Shown here: positions 27,259 to 44,708 of the stretch, one piece after another
Layout of the letters: each line of letters starts with the position of its first letter
Numbering within the stretch: position 1 is the stretch's first letter
NCBI GenBank assembly: GCA_951406725.2
Contig: OX597815.1
Coordinates: 3,038,001-3,102,000, forward strand
Length of the DNA: 64,000 nt
Direction of reading: 5' to 3'
Source: Octopus vulgaris
Taxonomy: Eukaryota
Notes under the pieces: model-generated
Database searches by the model: none
What the model was told of the DNA's origin: nothing
What the model saw: the letters and a program-made list of their open reading frames with translations, nothing else
Translations under genes and position numbers: made by a program

Positions 27259-27312
27259 GTACGTACATATATATGTACATACATACATACATACATATGT
27301 ACGTACATATAT

Positions 27313-29945
27313 AACTTAGAATAACTTAGAAAGGTTTTGGCCAGTATTGGCCCAGGCCATGTCTAACTTAATAGCACCACCTGGCGAAGTCTTTCAGTTC
27401 AGGATTTGGGCACCAAGGCCCATTCGAGCAGAGAGTTATTGTTTGCGGAGACATATCCGGGTGTGGGTGGTTTGTCCGGTACTGTTTGAAGGAATTTGTC
27501 CAAAGACTTCTTGAATTTTGTGTGGTCAGTTTCTTTTTTGACGTGCCCTGGTGTAATGTTGAAGAGAGCAGGTCCAATTGAGGTGAAATAGTTGTGCCGT
27601 ATTGTCGTTATGTGATGCGATTTAGATTTTTGTTGTGGACGGATGGCACGTGGTCCAAGCCTTGGATGCATTTTGAAGGTGATGCTAACATCATTCGGAC
27701 AGTGCTGGCGGAATATTTTCCACATCATACAGATAATGTAGCGTTCACGTCGTCGTTGGAGTGAATACAATTTCAGCTTCTCTAGTCTACCCCAGTAGTC
27801 AAGGTCTGACATGCCATCTATCTTTTTTGTGATTGACCTTTGGGGAGCTTCAATTCTCATAATATTTTCTTTTGTGTAGGGAGATCACAGTGGACAGCAG
27901 TATTCAAGGTGGGGTCGGGCAAAAGTAGAGAAGAGAAGGATAATAGCGTGGGAATCTCTCGACTGGAAGGTTCTGAGAATCCAGGAACACATTCTGCGGG
28001 CCATGTCAACTTTGCTGCTTATATGTGTAGCCCACCTTATGTTGTTGTCCACTGTTACTCCCAGGTCTTTGATGTTGTTGGATGCCATGAGAATTTCTCC
28101 AGAAGGAAGGGAGTATGGGAGTTTCAGAGCGTCCTCCCTTCCAAAGTGGATCAGTTCAAATTTGTCTTCATTTAGCAACATGTTATTCTTTTCCGCCCGT
28201 TGGACAACAGCCAGTAGGTCTGACTGAAGGTTTATTCGGTCATCCACGCCATTGATGACCTTCTGGAGCTTGGAGTCATCAGCGAAGGTTCTGATGTTAC
28301 TGTGTTTGATGGTATCAGTAATATCATTTATGTAGATGATGAAGAGAAGTGGGCCCAACACAGTGCCTTGTGGGACACCACTGCTGACTTTGGCTGGGCT
28401 GGATTTGACTCCTTCGACTACAACATGTTGGGTTCTGTTAGACAGGAAGCACTTGATCCACTGCAGCAACTTTCCAGTGACACCAATATTGGACAGCTTT
28501 CTCAGAAGCATCTTATGATCAACCCTGTCAAAGGCCTTGCTGAAATCAAGGTAGATGACATCAGTGTTGGAACCTTCTCCCAAGGCTCTCAAAATGTCAT
28601 CAAAATGATGCAGTAGCTGCGTCAGGTAATCTCTCCCATTACGGAATCCATGCTGGTTGGGGTTCAGCATATTATGCCTCTCAAGGAAGTGAGTCATACG
28701 CGATCTCAGCACCCTCTCAAATACCTTGATGATATGAGAGGTGAGTGAGATTGGACGGTAATTCACGGCAAGCGATTTGTTTCCTTTTTTGAAAACTGGG
28801 ACAACAGACTGGGATAGAAGGTCCTCTGGTATATATCCAGCATCCAGTGAAGTTCCGCCACAGATTGGCTAGAGGGGGTGCAAGTTGGTTTTGACACATC
28901 TTCAAGACACAAGCAGGGAACCTATCGGGACTTACTGCTGAATTATGCTTCATTTCCTTTATTGCTGCTAAGACATCAGGAGCGCCAAATGTTATGTCCG
29001 ATAAAGTGTATTGGGGAGTAACATCACTGATACAGCCCAGATCAGTCATATCAGGATTGCTGAAAACAGAGCAATATTGTTTCTGCAATATCTCTCCCAT
29101 GGTTTTGGCATTGTCTTGAAGAGTACCATTTTCATCAATCAGAGGGCCAACAGTAGAACCAGTGACTCTGTGTTTTTTTGCAAATGAAAAGAACACTTTG
29201 GGATTGAGTTTGATCTTCTCAATGGCCCAGGCCTCTTCAGCTCTTCGCTGACTATTTATGATAGACATCATGTTGTTTTGGAGTTTATGTTGGTTCGAGT
29301 ACCAGTTGGGACAAGAAGAAGTCATCCATGAAGTCAAGAAGCGATTCCACTGCCTCCCTGTCAGGGGTTGAGAGAGAAGAACCTGGCGGCAGACTGTTTG
29401 TAGACCAGTCAACCCCATATTGAAATCTCCCATCATTAAAATGTTGTCAGGTTGACACTGCTGAATGAAACACTTTATGCTGTTGAGGCATTCCTTGAAG
29501 CATGGTAGGGGCGTTTGGGGTGGTCTGTATATAGCCCAACTACTGTTAAGTTGTTGGTTTGACTGAATACAGCGACTGCTTCGCAGTATCCATTGGAAAA
29601 TATGTTCATGGCTTCTGTTGAGAATGAATCATGGACATAAATAGCAGTCCCACCCTTTCTTCTGCCAACACGATCAGCACGAATGGTTTTGAAATTTTTA
29701 ACTTTCACCTCGGCTTCCAAGTGGAGGTCACTAAGATGGGTTTCAGTGAGGACGAAGAAAGGGATGTGGTTTGGATGGGCCTCGACCCAGTCCTCCAGGA
29801 ATCTTATCTTCCATTTTTGTGTATTGGTGGAAGGGCTGATGCCTTGGGCATTAAGCAGAAATGTTGAGGCGAGAGTGGATGGTTTTAATTGTTTTGGTGA
29901 TTTGTTTATTTGATTGCTTTTTAATGGCAATTTTAATGGCAATTT
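27313..29945 (-). mobile_element. CR1-group LINE family A copy 1 (APE and RT, frameshifted, ~480-bp internal deletion)
   Basis: LTETHL, MMGDFN, YRPISLTS, YLDFSKAFDRV, GVPQGTVLGPLLF, FADD. Intact 3' end. The segment at ~33170-33650 in copy 2 is absent at ~29290. Confidence 0.92.
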
Positions 29946-30026
29946 GATTGCTTTTTAATTTGATTGCTTTTTAATATATGTATATATATGTATATATATG
30001 TATATATATATGTATATATATATATG

Positions 30027-30058
<32 letters not shown>

Positions 30059-30075
30059 TGTGTATATATATATGT

Positions 30076-30378
30076 GGAGGCGCAATGGCCCAGTGGTTAG
30101 GGAAGCGGACTCACGGTCATAGGATTGCGGTTTCGATTCCCAGACCGGGCGTTGTGAGTGTTTATTGAGCGAAAACACCTATAAAAAAGCTCCACGAGGC
30201 TCCGGCAGGGGATGGTGGTGATCCCTGCTGTACTCTTTCACCACAACTTTCTCTCACTCTTACTTCCTGTTTCTGTTGTACCTGTATTTCAAAGGGCCGG
30301 CCTTGTCACTCTCTGTGTCACGCTGAATATCCCCGAGAACTACGTTAAGGGTGCACGTGTCTGTGGAGTGCTCAGCCA
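30076..30378 (+). mobile_element. tRNA-derived SINE, 3' end lost in (TA)n
   Basis: GGAGGCGCAATGGCCCAGTGGTTAGG..GGTTTCGATTCCC (A/B boxes). Same family as 49383-49768. Confidence 0.85.
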
Positions 30379-31310
<932 letters not shown>

Positions 31311-31317
31311 TGTTAGC

Positions 31318-34154
31318 TTAGTTTTCGGAGACATATCCGGGTGTGGTTGGTTTTTCCGGGACTGTTTGAAGGAATTTGTTTAAAGACTTCTTGAATTTTG
31401 TGTGGTCACCTTCTTTTTTGACGTGTCCTGGTGTAATGTTGAAGAGAGCTGGTCCAATTGAGGTGAAATAGTTGTGCCGTATTGTCGTTATGTGATGCGA
31501 TTTAGATTTTTGTTGTGGACGGATGGCACGTGGTCCAAGCCTTGGATGCATTTTGAAGGTGATGCCAACATCATTCGGACAGTGCTGATGGAATATTTTC
31601 CACATCATACAGATAATTTAGCGTTCACGGCGTCGTTGGAGTGAATACAGTTTCAGCTTCTCTAGTCTACCCCAGTAGTCATGGTCTGACATGCCATCTA
31701 TCTTTTTTGTGATTGACTTTTGGGGAGCTTCAATTCTCATAATATTTTGTTTTGTGTAGGGAGACCACAGTGGACAGCAGTATTCAAGGTGGGGTCGGGC
31801 AAAAGTGGAGAAGAGAAGGATAATAGTGTGGGAATCTCTCGACTGGAAGGTTCTTAGAATCCAGGAACACATTCTGCGGGCCATGTCAACTTTGCTGCTT
31901 ATATGTGTAGCCCTGCTCATGTTGTTTTCCACTGTTACTCCCAAGTCTCTGATGTTGTTGGACGCCATGAGAATTTCTCCTGAAGGAAGGGAGTATGGGA
32001 GTTTCAGAGCGTCCTCCCTTCCAAAGTGGATCAGTTCGAATTTGTCTTCGTTTAGCAACATGTTATTCTTTTCCGCCCATTGGACAACAGCCAGTAGGTC
32101 TGACTGAAGGCTTATTTGGTCATCCACGCCATTGATGACCTTCTGGGGCTTGGAATCATCAGCGAAGGTTCTGATGTTACTGTGTTTGATGGTGTCAGTA
32201 ATATCATTTATGTAGATGATGAAGAGAAGTGGGCCCAACACAGTGCCTTGTGGGACACCACTGCTGACTTTGGCTGGGCTGGATTTGACTCCTTCGACTA
32301 CAACATGTTGGGTTCTGTTAGACAGGAAGCACTTGATCCACTGCAGCAGCTTTCCAGTGACACCAATATTGGACAGCTTTCTCAAAAGGATCTTATGATC
32401 AACCCTGTCAAAGGCCTTGCTGAAATCAAGGTAGATGACATCAGTGTTGGAACCATCTCCCAAGGCTCTCAAAATGTCATCAAAATGATGCAGTAGCTGC
32501 CTCAGGCAATCTCTTCCATTACGGAATCCATGCTGGTTGGAGTTCAGCATATTATGACTCTCAAGGAAGTGAGTCATACGCGATCTCAGCACCCTCTCAA
32601 ATACCTTGATGATATGAGAGGTGAGTGAGATTGGACGGTAATTCACGGCAAGCGATTTGTTTCCTTTTTTGAAAACTGGGACAACAGACTGGGATAAAAG
32701 GTCTTCTGGTATATATCCAGCATCCAGTGAGCTCCGCCACAGATTGGCTAGAGGGGGTGCAAGTTGCTTTTGACACATCTTCAAGACACAAGTAGGGAAC
32801 CTATCGGGACCTACTGCTGAATTATGCTTCATTTCCTTTATTGCTGCTAAGACATCAGGAGCGCCAAATGTTATGTCCGATAAAGTGTATTGGGGAGTAA
32901 CATCACTGATACAGCCCAGATCAGTCATATCAGGATTGCTGAAAACAGAGCAATATTGTTTCTGCAATATCTCTCCCATGGTTTTGGCATTGTCTTGAAG
33001 AGTACCATTTTCATCAATCAGAGGGCCAACAGTAGAACCAGTGACTCTGTGTTTTTTTGCAAATGAAAAGAACACTTTGGGATTGAGTTTGATCTTCTCA
33101 ATGGCCCAGGCCTCTTCAGCTCTTCGCCGACTATTGATGATAGACATCATGTTGTTTTGGAGTTTATGTTTTTTAATCTCTAGCGACGAGATGGCAGTCA
33201 GGTTGGTGTGTTGCTGTTGACAGTATTTCAGCTTGTTGATTTTTTGTTAATTCTTTTAATTTTCCTGATGAGAGATTTTCTATTTCTAGGGATTCGACAC
33301 TTAGATTTCTTTGCAGATCTTAATGGGGTGTATCTTGCACATATGTTCGTAATGGTGTCTACAAATGACTGTCAGGACTTTCTGATGTTAGTGGGTGTGT
33401 ATGTGTGCGTGAAGGACCAATCGACTTGTGCAAGATCATTATTGATCGCTTCCCAGTTTGCATTGTGGAAATCCATAGTATCAAATGGATGAACAGGTGG
33501 GATGACATTTGTTTTGTATTTTGGCCAGTGAAATCTCAGATCACAGAGAACCATGTCATGATCAGAGAGTAGGTTTTCTCCACTGCAATATTGTGGATAG
33601 TATCAGTGTGATTGCTGAAAATTAAGTCTAAGACGTTTTTGTGACATCTCGTTGGTTCGAGCACCAGTTGGGACAGGAAGAAATCATCCATGAAGTCAAG
33701 AAGCGATTCCACTGCCTCCCTGTCAGGGGTTGAGAGAGAAGAACCTGGCGGCAGACTGTTTGTAGACCAGTCAACCCCGGGAAGGTTGAAGTCTCCCATC
33801 ATTAAAATGTTGTCAGGTTGACACTGCTGAATGAAACACTTTATGCTGTTGAGGCATTCCTTGAAGCATGGTAGGGGCGTTTGGGGTGGTCTGTAGAGCC
33901 CAACTACTGTTAAGTTGTTGGTTTGACTGAATACAGCGACTGCTTCGCAAGCTTCTGTTGAGAATGAATCATGAACATAAATGGCAGTCCCACCCTTTCT
34001 TCTGCCAGCACGATCAGCACGAATGGCTTTGAAATTTTTAACCTTCACCTCGGCTTCCAAGTGAAGGTTACTAAGATGGGTTTCAGTGAGGACGAAGAAA
34101 GGGATGTGGTTTGGATGGGCATCGACCCAGTCCTCCAGGAATCTTATCTTCCAT
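31318..34154 (-). mobile_element. CR1-group LINE family A copy 2 (510-aa RT-containing ORF at 31618-33150, disrupted elsewhere)
   Basis: APE motifs ([15 protein letters not shown]) and RT motifs. Very similar to copy 1. Both ends abut TA arrays. Confidence 0.92.
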
Positions 34155-35524
<1,370 letters not shown>

Positions 35525-36473
35525 TGTTATGAAGGTCAGGTCAGGGACAGTGCTTGCGACCTACTTTTGTGAATAAATCCATTGTCCTGTCAGATTCAGG
35601 TGGATTGATTAGTTCTTGGGAGACCTCCGACCCTTTTCAGGTGAAAGAAAGTTCGTGGAAACACCCCTTAAAAAGGAGGAACTGTGGGCCTGTAGGGACA
35701 GTCGGCCGACAGCTCTAGCAGAGACGGGACAGTTGAGGACAGAGCAAGTTAGTAGTAGGTTGTTTCTGCTGTGACGGTGAACTGAAAGAGGAAGACAGGC
35801 AGATGGGTAGATGGGATTACGGCGTGAGGCAGCGATAGCGTAGAGGAAGACAGACAGATAGTATTACGGAGCTAAGAGAGAGGGACTACGGTGTGAGGGC
35901 ATTGGCTATTGTGTAACGGTATGTGTTTACTTATGTTCAGATATGTGAAAAGAAGGAAAAAGAAATGTAAAAGAATTGATGTGTTGAAAAAAGAGAAAGA
36001 ATGAAAAAAAAGGGGAAAAAAAGAAAGAACGGTGCTAAAGAAATTATAAAGAACATTGTGAATTGTGTTGATACGTGTTGAAAAAGTAAAGAGAAGGTCT
36101 TTAATGTGATTTGAACATTGAACTGTTGTCTCTGAACTTATTTGTCTCTGCATGCTTTAATTTGATTTGTTGTATACCTGATGTATCTTTGATTTATTTG
36201 ATATTGTAATAATTGTATAAACTGTTGTTAAATCTAAGCCAATTGCCTTCCGCCGTCTCTCTTTGTGTCTCTTCCTACTGTTGTTGTTGTTGTTATCTCC
36301 GGTCGCCGGCAGCCGGGTTCGCTGCCGCCTTTCCCCCCACCGAATTGTCTCTCTCTCCTTGAGTCCGTGGCGAATTCGCCGATCGATCGGGCCGGTGAAT
36401 CGTCGTCGCTCGACTTGGTAGGGTCCCGGGTTTTCCTGAAGAGTTTGAGCGACGGCAGGTGGATTTCGTAACA
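35525..36473. mobile_element. Solo LTR (Gypsy-like)
   Basis: Termini TGTTATGAA...TTCGTAACA (TG..CA inverted ends), ATAT on both flanks, no coding capacity. Confidence 0.7.
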
Positions 36474-36478
36474 ATATG

Positions 36479-36526
<48 letters not shown>

Positions 36527-36577
36527 TACATACATATATATGTATGTATATATATGTATGTAAGTATATATATATAT

Positions 36578-38797
36578 CCTTAAATCCTTAAAAATGTTTT
36601 AGCCCGAAGGGCGCGGCCATGCTGGGGCACCGCCGCTGAATGAGCTACACTAATTTGTGAATCCACCTCTGATACGTAGCACTTGATCAACAAGTGAGTT
36701 CGATGCTGCTGCCCGCATCCGCGTCTCCTGTCGTGAGGTAGGTTCATCTGGGACTCCCGACAAGAAGAGATCCAGTTTAGTTTTAAAGAAACCCACATCC
36801 ACACCATGTAAGTCTCTCAGGCATTTAGGGAGGATGTTAAAGAGCTGTGGTCCTCTGAAACCCAAGCTGTTGCAGTATCTGGACCTGTATTTTGATGGTG
36901 ATGTTGGAATCCTTGGCTCCATGCAGTGGCGCCCCGTTCTGCGGTTGGGGTAACTTTGAATGCCAAAGTTTGGGACAAGACCCTCCAGGATTTTCCAGAT
37001 GTATATCACCGCATATCTCTCCCGCCTCCGCTCTAGGGAGAAGAGGTTTAATACCTTCAGTCTTTCCCAGTAGCTGATATTTTGCATTGAGACGATTTTC
37101 TTTGTGTAGCTTCTCTGAATTGCTTTGAGTTCTGCTGTTAGTTTTATATTGTGTGGTGACCACAGTTGGGAGCAGTAGTCCAAGCGGCTGAGGACGAATG
37201 TTTTCCATAGAACCATCAGTGTCTCCTTCTCTCTTGTTCTGAAAGTTCGGAGAATCCATCCAGCTAGCCGTCTGCATTTTATCACCAGATTAGCAATATG
37301 CACTTGGAAAGATGCATCATTGCTCATGTCAATGCCCAGGTCACGCACTGATTTTGACTCAGGGATTGCAATTCTTCCTGGGCCAGTGTATCCAGTCTGC
37401 ACGTCGTTTACCTTTGTGTGCCAGTAGCGCAGGGCCTGGAACTTACCTGCATTAAACTGCATGTTGTCCTCAGCCCACCTCTATATTGTGTCCAACTCCT
37501 GTTGCAGATGCGCAATATTTTCAGGGTTTTGTATTGCGTGGGAGACTTTTGTGTCATCTGCATAGCTAGCAAGGGTGGTCATCGTAGCAACTGAAGGCAT
37601 GTCTGAAAGGGCCACTATGAACATCAGTGGCCCCAAGACAGTGCCCTGTGGGACACCGCTTGTTATTTGCGTTTCTTTGGAGGTGGCTCCATTGCTCACA
37701 ACTGCCTGTTTTCTGTCTTTTAGGAAGTTGTGCAGCCACTCTCCAAGTTTTCCGCCTATGCCGAGACTACGCAGTTTGTGACAGATCATACCATGGTCGA
37801 CCTTATCAAAGGCTTTTACAAAGTCGAGATATATTACATCCACATTTGAGCCATTTAGTGGCTGTTTCAACACCCAGTCATAGTGTTGCAGGAGCTGTGT
37901 TAGGCAGCCTCTACTTGGTTGAAATCCATGCTGGGTGTCAGACAGCAAGTCATTTTCTTCAAGGAACATGATTAGTTTCTTACGGACTATTCGTTCCATG
38001 ACTTTGCTGATGTGTGAGGTCAGAGAGATAGGCCTATAATTTTTAGCATCTGCTCTGCTACCTCCCTTATGGATAGGGCATATTACCCCCTCTTTCAATT
38101 TGACTGGGAGCTTACCACTTGCAAGAAAGCTCTGAAAAAGAAGCTGTAGCGGTTTTGCAAGGGCTCGTTTGCACGATTTGAGAAGGATCGCTGGGAATCC
38201 ATCAGGTCCAGCGGCTGAGTTTGTGTCAATCTCATCAATGGCTAGTGTGATATCATCATCTTCGATGGTGATGTACTCAATTTTTGTCTCTTTGGCCGCA
38301 GGTAAAGTGGCAAAGAATTATTCTGGGTTGTTTACTTGCCTGTGTCCTAGAGGTGTAGTGAACACACTTTGGAACTGTTCGTTCAGTATTTCACTTATCC
38401 TCGTGGGATTTCCTGTGAGAGAGCCATCTTTTTGGAAGAGAGGTCCTATTCTCTGGTGCACTGTGGCTGTCTCTTTGGCAAACTTAAAGAAAGCTTTAGG
38501 GTTTGATTTTATATTTTCTATTACCCAAGCTTCTTTATCTGCTCTCTCCTTTTCATGGGACTGATGTAGACTTTTCTCAGTTTCCATTAGCATTCTTTCG
38601 AGCCGAGACTTCTCACCACTTTTGGTGTGCTTGTTCAGGCGATTTGCAATCCTTGTCCGTCGTCTCATAAGAATCCTCCTTTCTCTAGGGATCCTGTTTT
38701 TGTTCTTGTGTGTGCTGGCCCTGCACATTGGGACATATTTGTCACATATGGCTTGTATTATGGACATGAAGTGTTTGTGTTTCATGTTTATGTCATG
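36578..38797 (-). mobile_element. CR1-group LINE family B (RT region and 3' end), frameshifted
   Basis: NYRPISLTS, YLDFVKAFDKV, GVPQGTVLGP, YADD, LFSLERRRERY. Tail TTTAAGGATTTAAGG. Confidence 0.92.
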
Positions 38798-39138
38798 TAT
38801 ATATATGTATATGTATATATATATGTATATGTATGTATATGTATATGTATATATATATGTATATATATATATGTATATGTATATGTATATATATATGTGT
38901 ATATATATGTGTATATGTATATATGTATATATATGTATATATGTATATGTATATATGTATATGTATATATGTATATGTATATATATATATGTATATGTAT
39001 ATATATATATGTATATGTATATATATATATGTATATGTATATATATATATGTATATGTGTATATATATATGTATATGTCTATATATATATGTATATGTGT
39101 ATATATATATGTATATGTGTATACATATACATATATAC

Positions 39139-39170
<32 letters not shown>

Positions 39171-39171
39171 G

Positions 39172-41013
39172 TGTCTAGCCATCACTCAACACCATCCTAT
39201 GCTATTACCCCAGTGCACCAATTCCCCACATTGCTGCCACTAACACACACAAAAAATCCAAGCCCCCTGCAACAGTCAAAACCAGCCACTACACTAACCT
39301 CCACATTCCTACTCAATGCACAAGGTGTCAGCCCTTCCATCAATGCACAAAAATGGAAGGTCCAATTCATTGAAGACTGGGTTGGTAACCATTCACACCA
39401 CATCTCTTTCTTCATTCTCACTGAGACCCACCTTGACAACTCCCACTTGGAAGCCGAAGTGAGAGTGAAGAATTTCACAACCATCCGCGCGGATCGTATC
39501 GGCAGGAGGAAGGATGGAACTGCCATTTTTCTGCATGATTCATTTACGGCAGATGGAAATAGTATATTTTCCAACGGCTACTGTGAATCAGTCACCGTGC
39601 ACAACAAAGCCAATGACCTGACAGTAATTGGGCTCTATAGGCCGCCCCAAACACCCATACTGTGCTTTAAAGAATGCCTCAACAGCATTAAGTGCTTTAT
39701 TCAACAGTGCCATTCTAGCAACATACTCATGATGGGAGACTTCAATCTACCCTGTGTTGACTGGACTACAAACTGTTTGAAACCAAGCACTCCCGCCTCA
39801 ACCGCTGACAAAGAAGCAGCAGAGTCACTTTTCGACTTTACGAATGAGTTTTTCTTGTCCCAACTTGTCCTTGCACCAACAAGACATCAGAACATTTTGG
39901 ACCTAGTGTTTAGTAACCACACTAACACTATACATAACGTTACAGTGGAAAAAACCCTTCTTTCAGACCATGACATGGTTCTCTGTAACATGAAATTCCA
40001 CCAGCCGAAAGCTAATCCTAGTGACCTCCCTCCAGCCCACCCATTCGACAACATGGATCTCCATAATGCCAACTGGGATGCAATCAGGAACGAGCTATCA
40101 CATGTTGACTGGTCCTTTACACATACACACATCTCCACCAACCATAAAACATCTTGGCAGATCTTTGTAGACACCGTCACAGACATATGTGCAAAACACT
40201 CCCCACCAAGACCTGTGAACAAAAAGTGCAGAATCCCCCAAAACAGAAAAACCATTATCAGAAAAATAAAAAGAACAAACAAAAAAATTAACAAACTAAA
40301 GTACTGCCAACAGCAACACACATATTCGACAGCTATCGCACTGCTTGAATCCAAAAAATATAACCTCCAACAATGCATGAAGACCCTCATCAATAACCAA
40401 AGATCAGCTGAGGAGAAGTGGGCCATTGAAAAAATCAAACTCAACCCCAAAGTGTTCTTTTCATTTGCGAGGAAACGCAGGGTCACTGTCTCCACTGTTG
40501 GCCCTCTAATTGATGAAACTGGCACTCTCCAAGATAATGCCAAATCCATGGCCGAGATACTGCAGAAACAATACTGCTCTGTTTTCAGCAATCCTGATAT
40601 GGCCGATCTGGGCTGTATCAGTGATGTCAACCCCCAACACACTATATCGGACATAACGTTTAGTGCCCCTGATGTCTTAGCGGCGATAAACGAAATAAAA
40701 CACAATTCAACAGTAGGCCCCGATGGGTTCCCTGCTTGTGTCCTGAAGGTGTGTCGACACCAACTTGCATCTCCCCTTGCTAATCTGTGGAGAAACTCAC
40801 TGGATGCTGGCTATATTCCAAAAAACCTTCTGTCCCAGTTTTCAAAAAGGGAAACAAGTCCCTTGCAGTGAACTACTATCCGATCTCACTCACCTCTCAT
40901 ATCATCAAGGTATTTGAGAGGGTGGTGAGATCTCGAATAACCCAATTTCTGGAAAGCAACAGACGGCTGATCTCCAACCAACATGGGTTCCGTAATGGAA
41001 GGGACTGCCTAAC
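39172..41013 (+). mobile_element. CR1-group LINE related to family A (APE, linker and start of RT), broken at a TA array
   Basis: [59 protein letters not shown]. Confidence 0.92.
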
Positions 41014-43111
<2,098 letters not shown>

Positions 43112-43153
43112 ATATTATATATTTTTTTTTTTTAAAATTTATTATATAGAAGG

Positions 43154-43204
43154 AGCTTCTACAGGACTAGAACTGTTTCATTCAAGAGAAATCATCAGGA
43201 AGCT
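43154..43204 (-). ncRNA. Type I hammerhead ribozyme (mirror copy)
   Basis: Exact reverse complement of 43201-43251. Confidence 0.8.
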
Positions 43205-43251
43205 TCCTGATGATTTCTCTTGAATGAAACAGTTCTAGTCCTGTAGAAGCT
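43201..43251 (+). ncRNA. Type I hammerhead ribozyme
   Basis: Stem I AGCTTC/GAAGCT, CTGATGA (43207-43213), stem II T-TTC-TCTT-GAA-T, GAAA, stem III ACAG/CTGT, cleavage triplet GTA (after 43245). Confidence 0.8.
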
Positions 43252-43364
43252 CCTTCTATATAATAAATTAATTTTACTCTGCTATGTATTGAGTACCTTA
43301 TTTACTGTGGTTTACCCCGAATCACCCGAATCAACATACATACATATATATATATACATATACC

Positions 43365-43410
<46 letters not shown>

Positions 43411-43493
43411 CATATATATATATATATACATATATATATACATATATACATATATATATATACATATATATATACATATATATATATATATAA

Positions 43494-43533
<40 letters not shown>

Positions 43534-43534
43534 C

Positions 43535-43574
<40 letters not shown>

Positions 43575-43864
43575 CCAGTGTGTGCCGTTAGATGGACTAC
43601 TGTATTCTTCCAGTATAGTTGTTAGTCGATCACTGTACTTAGCAGTGTTACTGGTTATGATGTACACTACGTACGTTTCACCATTGCAGTTATTTGGAGC
43701 TGAGCACTGGATGTTCTAAAGTGAATTTGAATGCCTGCGATGGGTCCCCAAAGGAACACTTTACTGCATTCTGTTACAGAGATCAAATATCTGAAGTCAG
43801 ACGCAGGGTAAGGTTAATTATATGTATTTAGTGAAGGAAGCAGAAAAAAGGTGAACGAGTGGCT

Positions 43865-43904
<40 letters not shown>

Positions 43905-44311
43905 AGGAGAGAGAGAAAGAGGGAAGACTGATCAACCTAGTAAACGAGTTAAAAAGTAAAGGTTTACTAGTAAATAAGTGAAACCAGGCAAATAGATTCT
44001 AAAAATGTTGTTAAACATCTTGAATGAAAATACTTTGACACCCAACACAAATTATTTATCGTTGCACAGTTGAACTTTCATACTTCACTTCACCTAATTT
44101 AGTAAATGACATGGTTTACAGTGGTTAGTAGCAGCTAAGTTCACAAGGCAGGAAAAGGAGAACAATTTCACATTAAATGCTCACAATGGAACAACTGTTA
44201 ATAGTAACCCGAAGAGCTTAACAGTCAACACTAGGCATGGAAACACTACTTCTATAACAGACAGTTTAATCCCACACATCAAACATACGCAATACTATAA
44301 CTTCAGCGACT

Positions 44312-44580
44312 GAAGGCGCATGGCTTAGTGGTTTGGGGTATTCAACCCACGCGTTGTATCCTTGAGCAAGACACTTTATTTCACGTTGCCCCAGTCCCCT
44401 CAGCTGAGTTGTACCAGTAATCCAATGGGCTAGCTTTGTCACGCTGAATTTCCCTGAAAACTACGTTAAGTGTATGCGTGTCTGTGGAGTGTTCAGCCAC
44501 TTGCATGCTAATTTCACTAGCAGACTGTTCCGTTGATCAAATCGACTGGAACCCTCGCCGTCGTAACCGACGGAGAACCA
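44312..44580 (+). mobile_element. Diverged tRNA-derived SINE
   Basis: Head AGGCGCATGGCTTAGTGGTT. Tail GTGTCTGTGGAGTG..CGTCGTAACCGACGGAG shared with 49383-49500. Confidence 0.7.
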
Positions 44581-44708
44581 GTTTAAATTCATTGAATTTT
44601 ATGCTAAACACAATTAAACTTAAACATCATACTAATAAATGCCAATACGCCCGCTGCAGTTTCTTTTACTGACACTACCACTAAAACCACCACCACTAAT
44701 TTTAATAT

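Larger units (their letters stand above)
13905..27312. repeat. ~13-kb alternating purine-pyrimidine satellite (TACG/TATG/TGCA/TA motifs), interrupted by two insertions
   Basis: Direct reading. Recurrent landmark words show kb-scale internal duplications. Confidence 0.95.
43136..43335. mobile_element. Palindromic Penelope-like non-autonomous element in (TA)n
   Basis: Perfect 67-bp-arm palindrome 43136-43269 centred on AAG|CTT, plus a ~65-bp one-sided 3' extension. Confidence 0.8.

Noticed and set aside
30076-30150. tRNA gene-like sequence
   Set aside because: It is the head of a multi-copy SINE, with no proper cloverleaf or terminator.
38622-40871. 749-aa ORF as an intact protein
   Set aside because: Chimeric read-through of antisense LINE, microsatellite and the APE domain of another LINE copy that frameshifts before RT.
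43780-43807. Possible 28-nt micro-exon (TTACAG ... G|GTAAGG)
   Set aside because: Splice-like words alone, with no recognisable peptide. Similar weak cases near 59330-59370 and 61850-61925 need RNA-seq.
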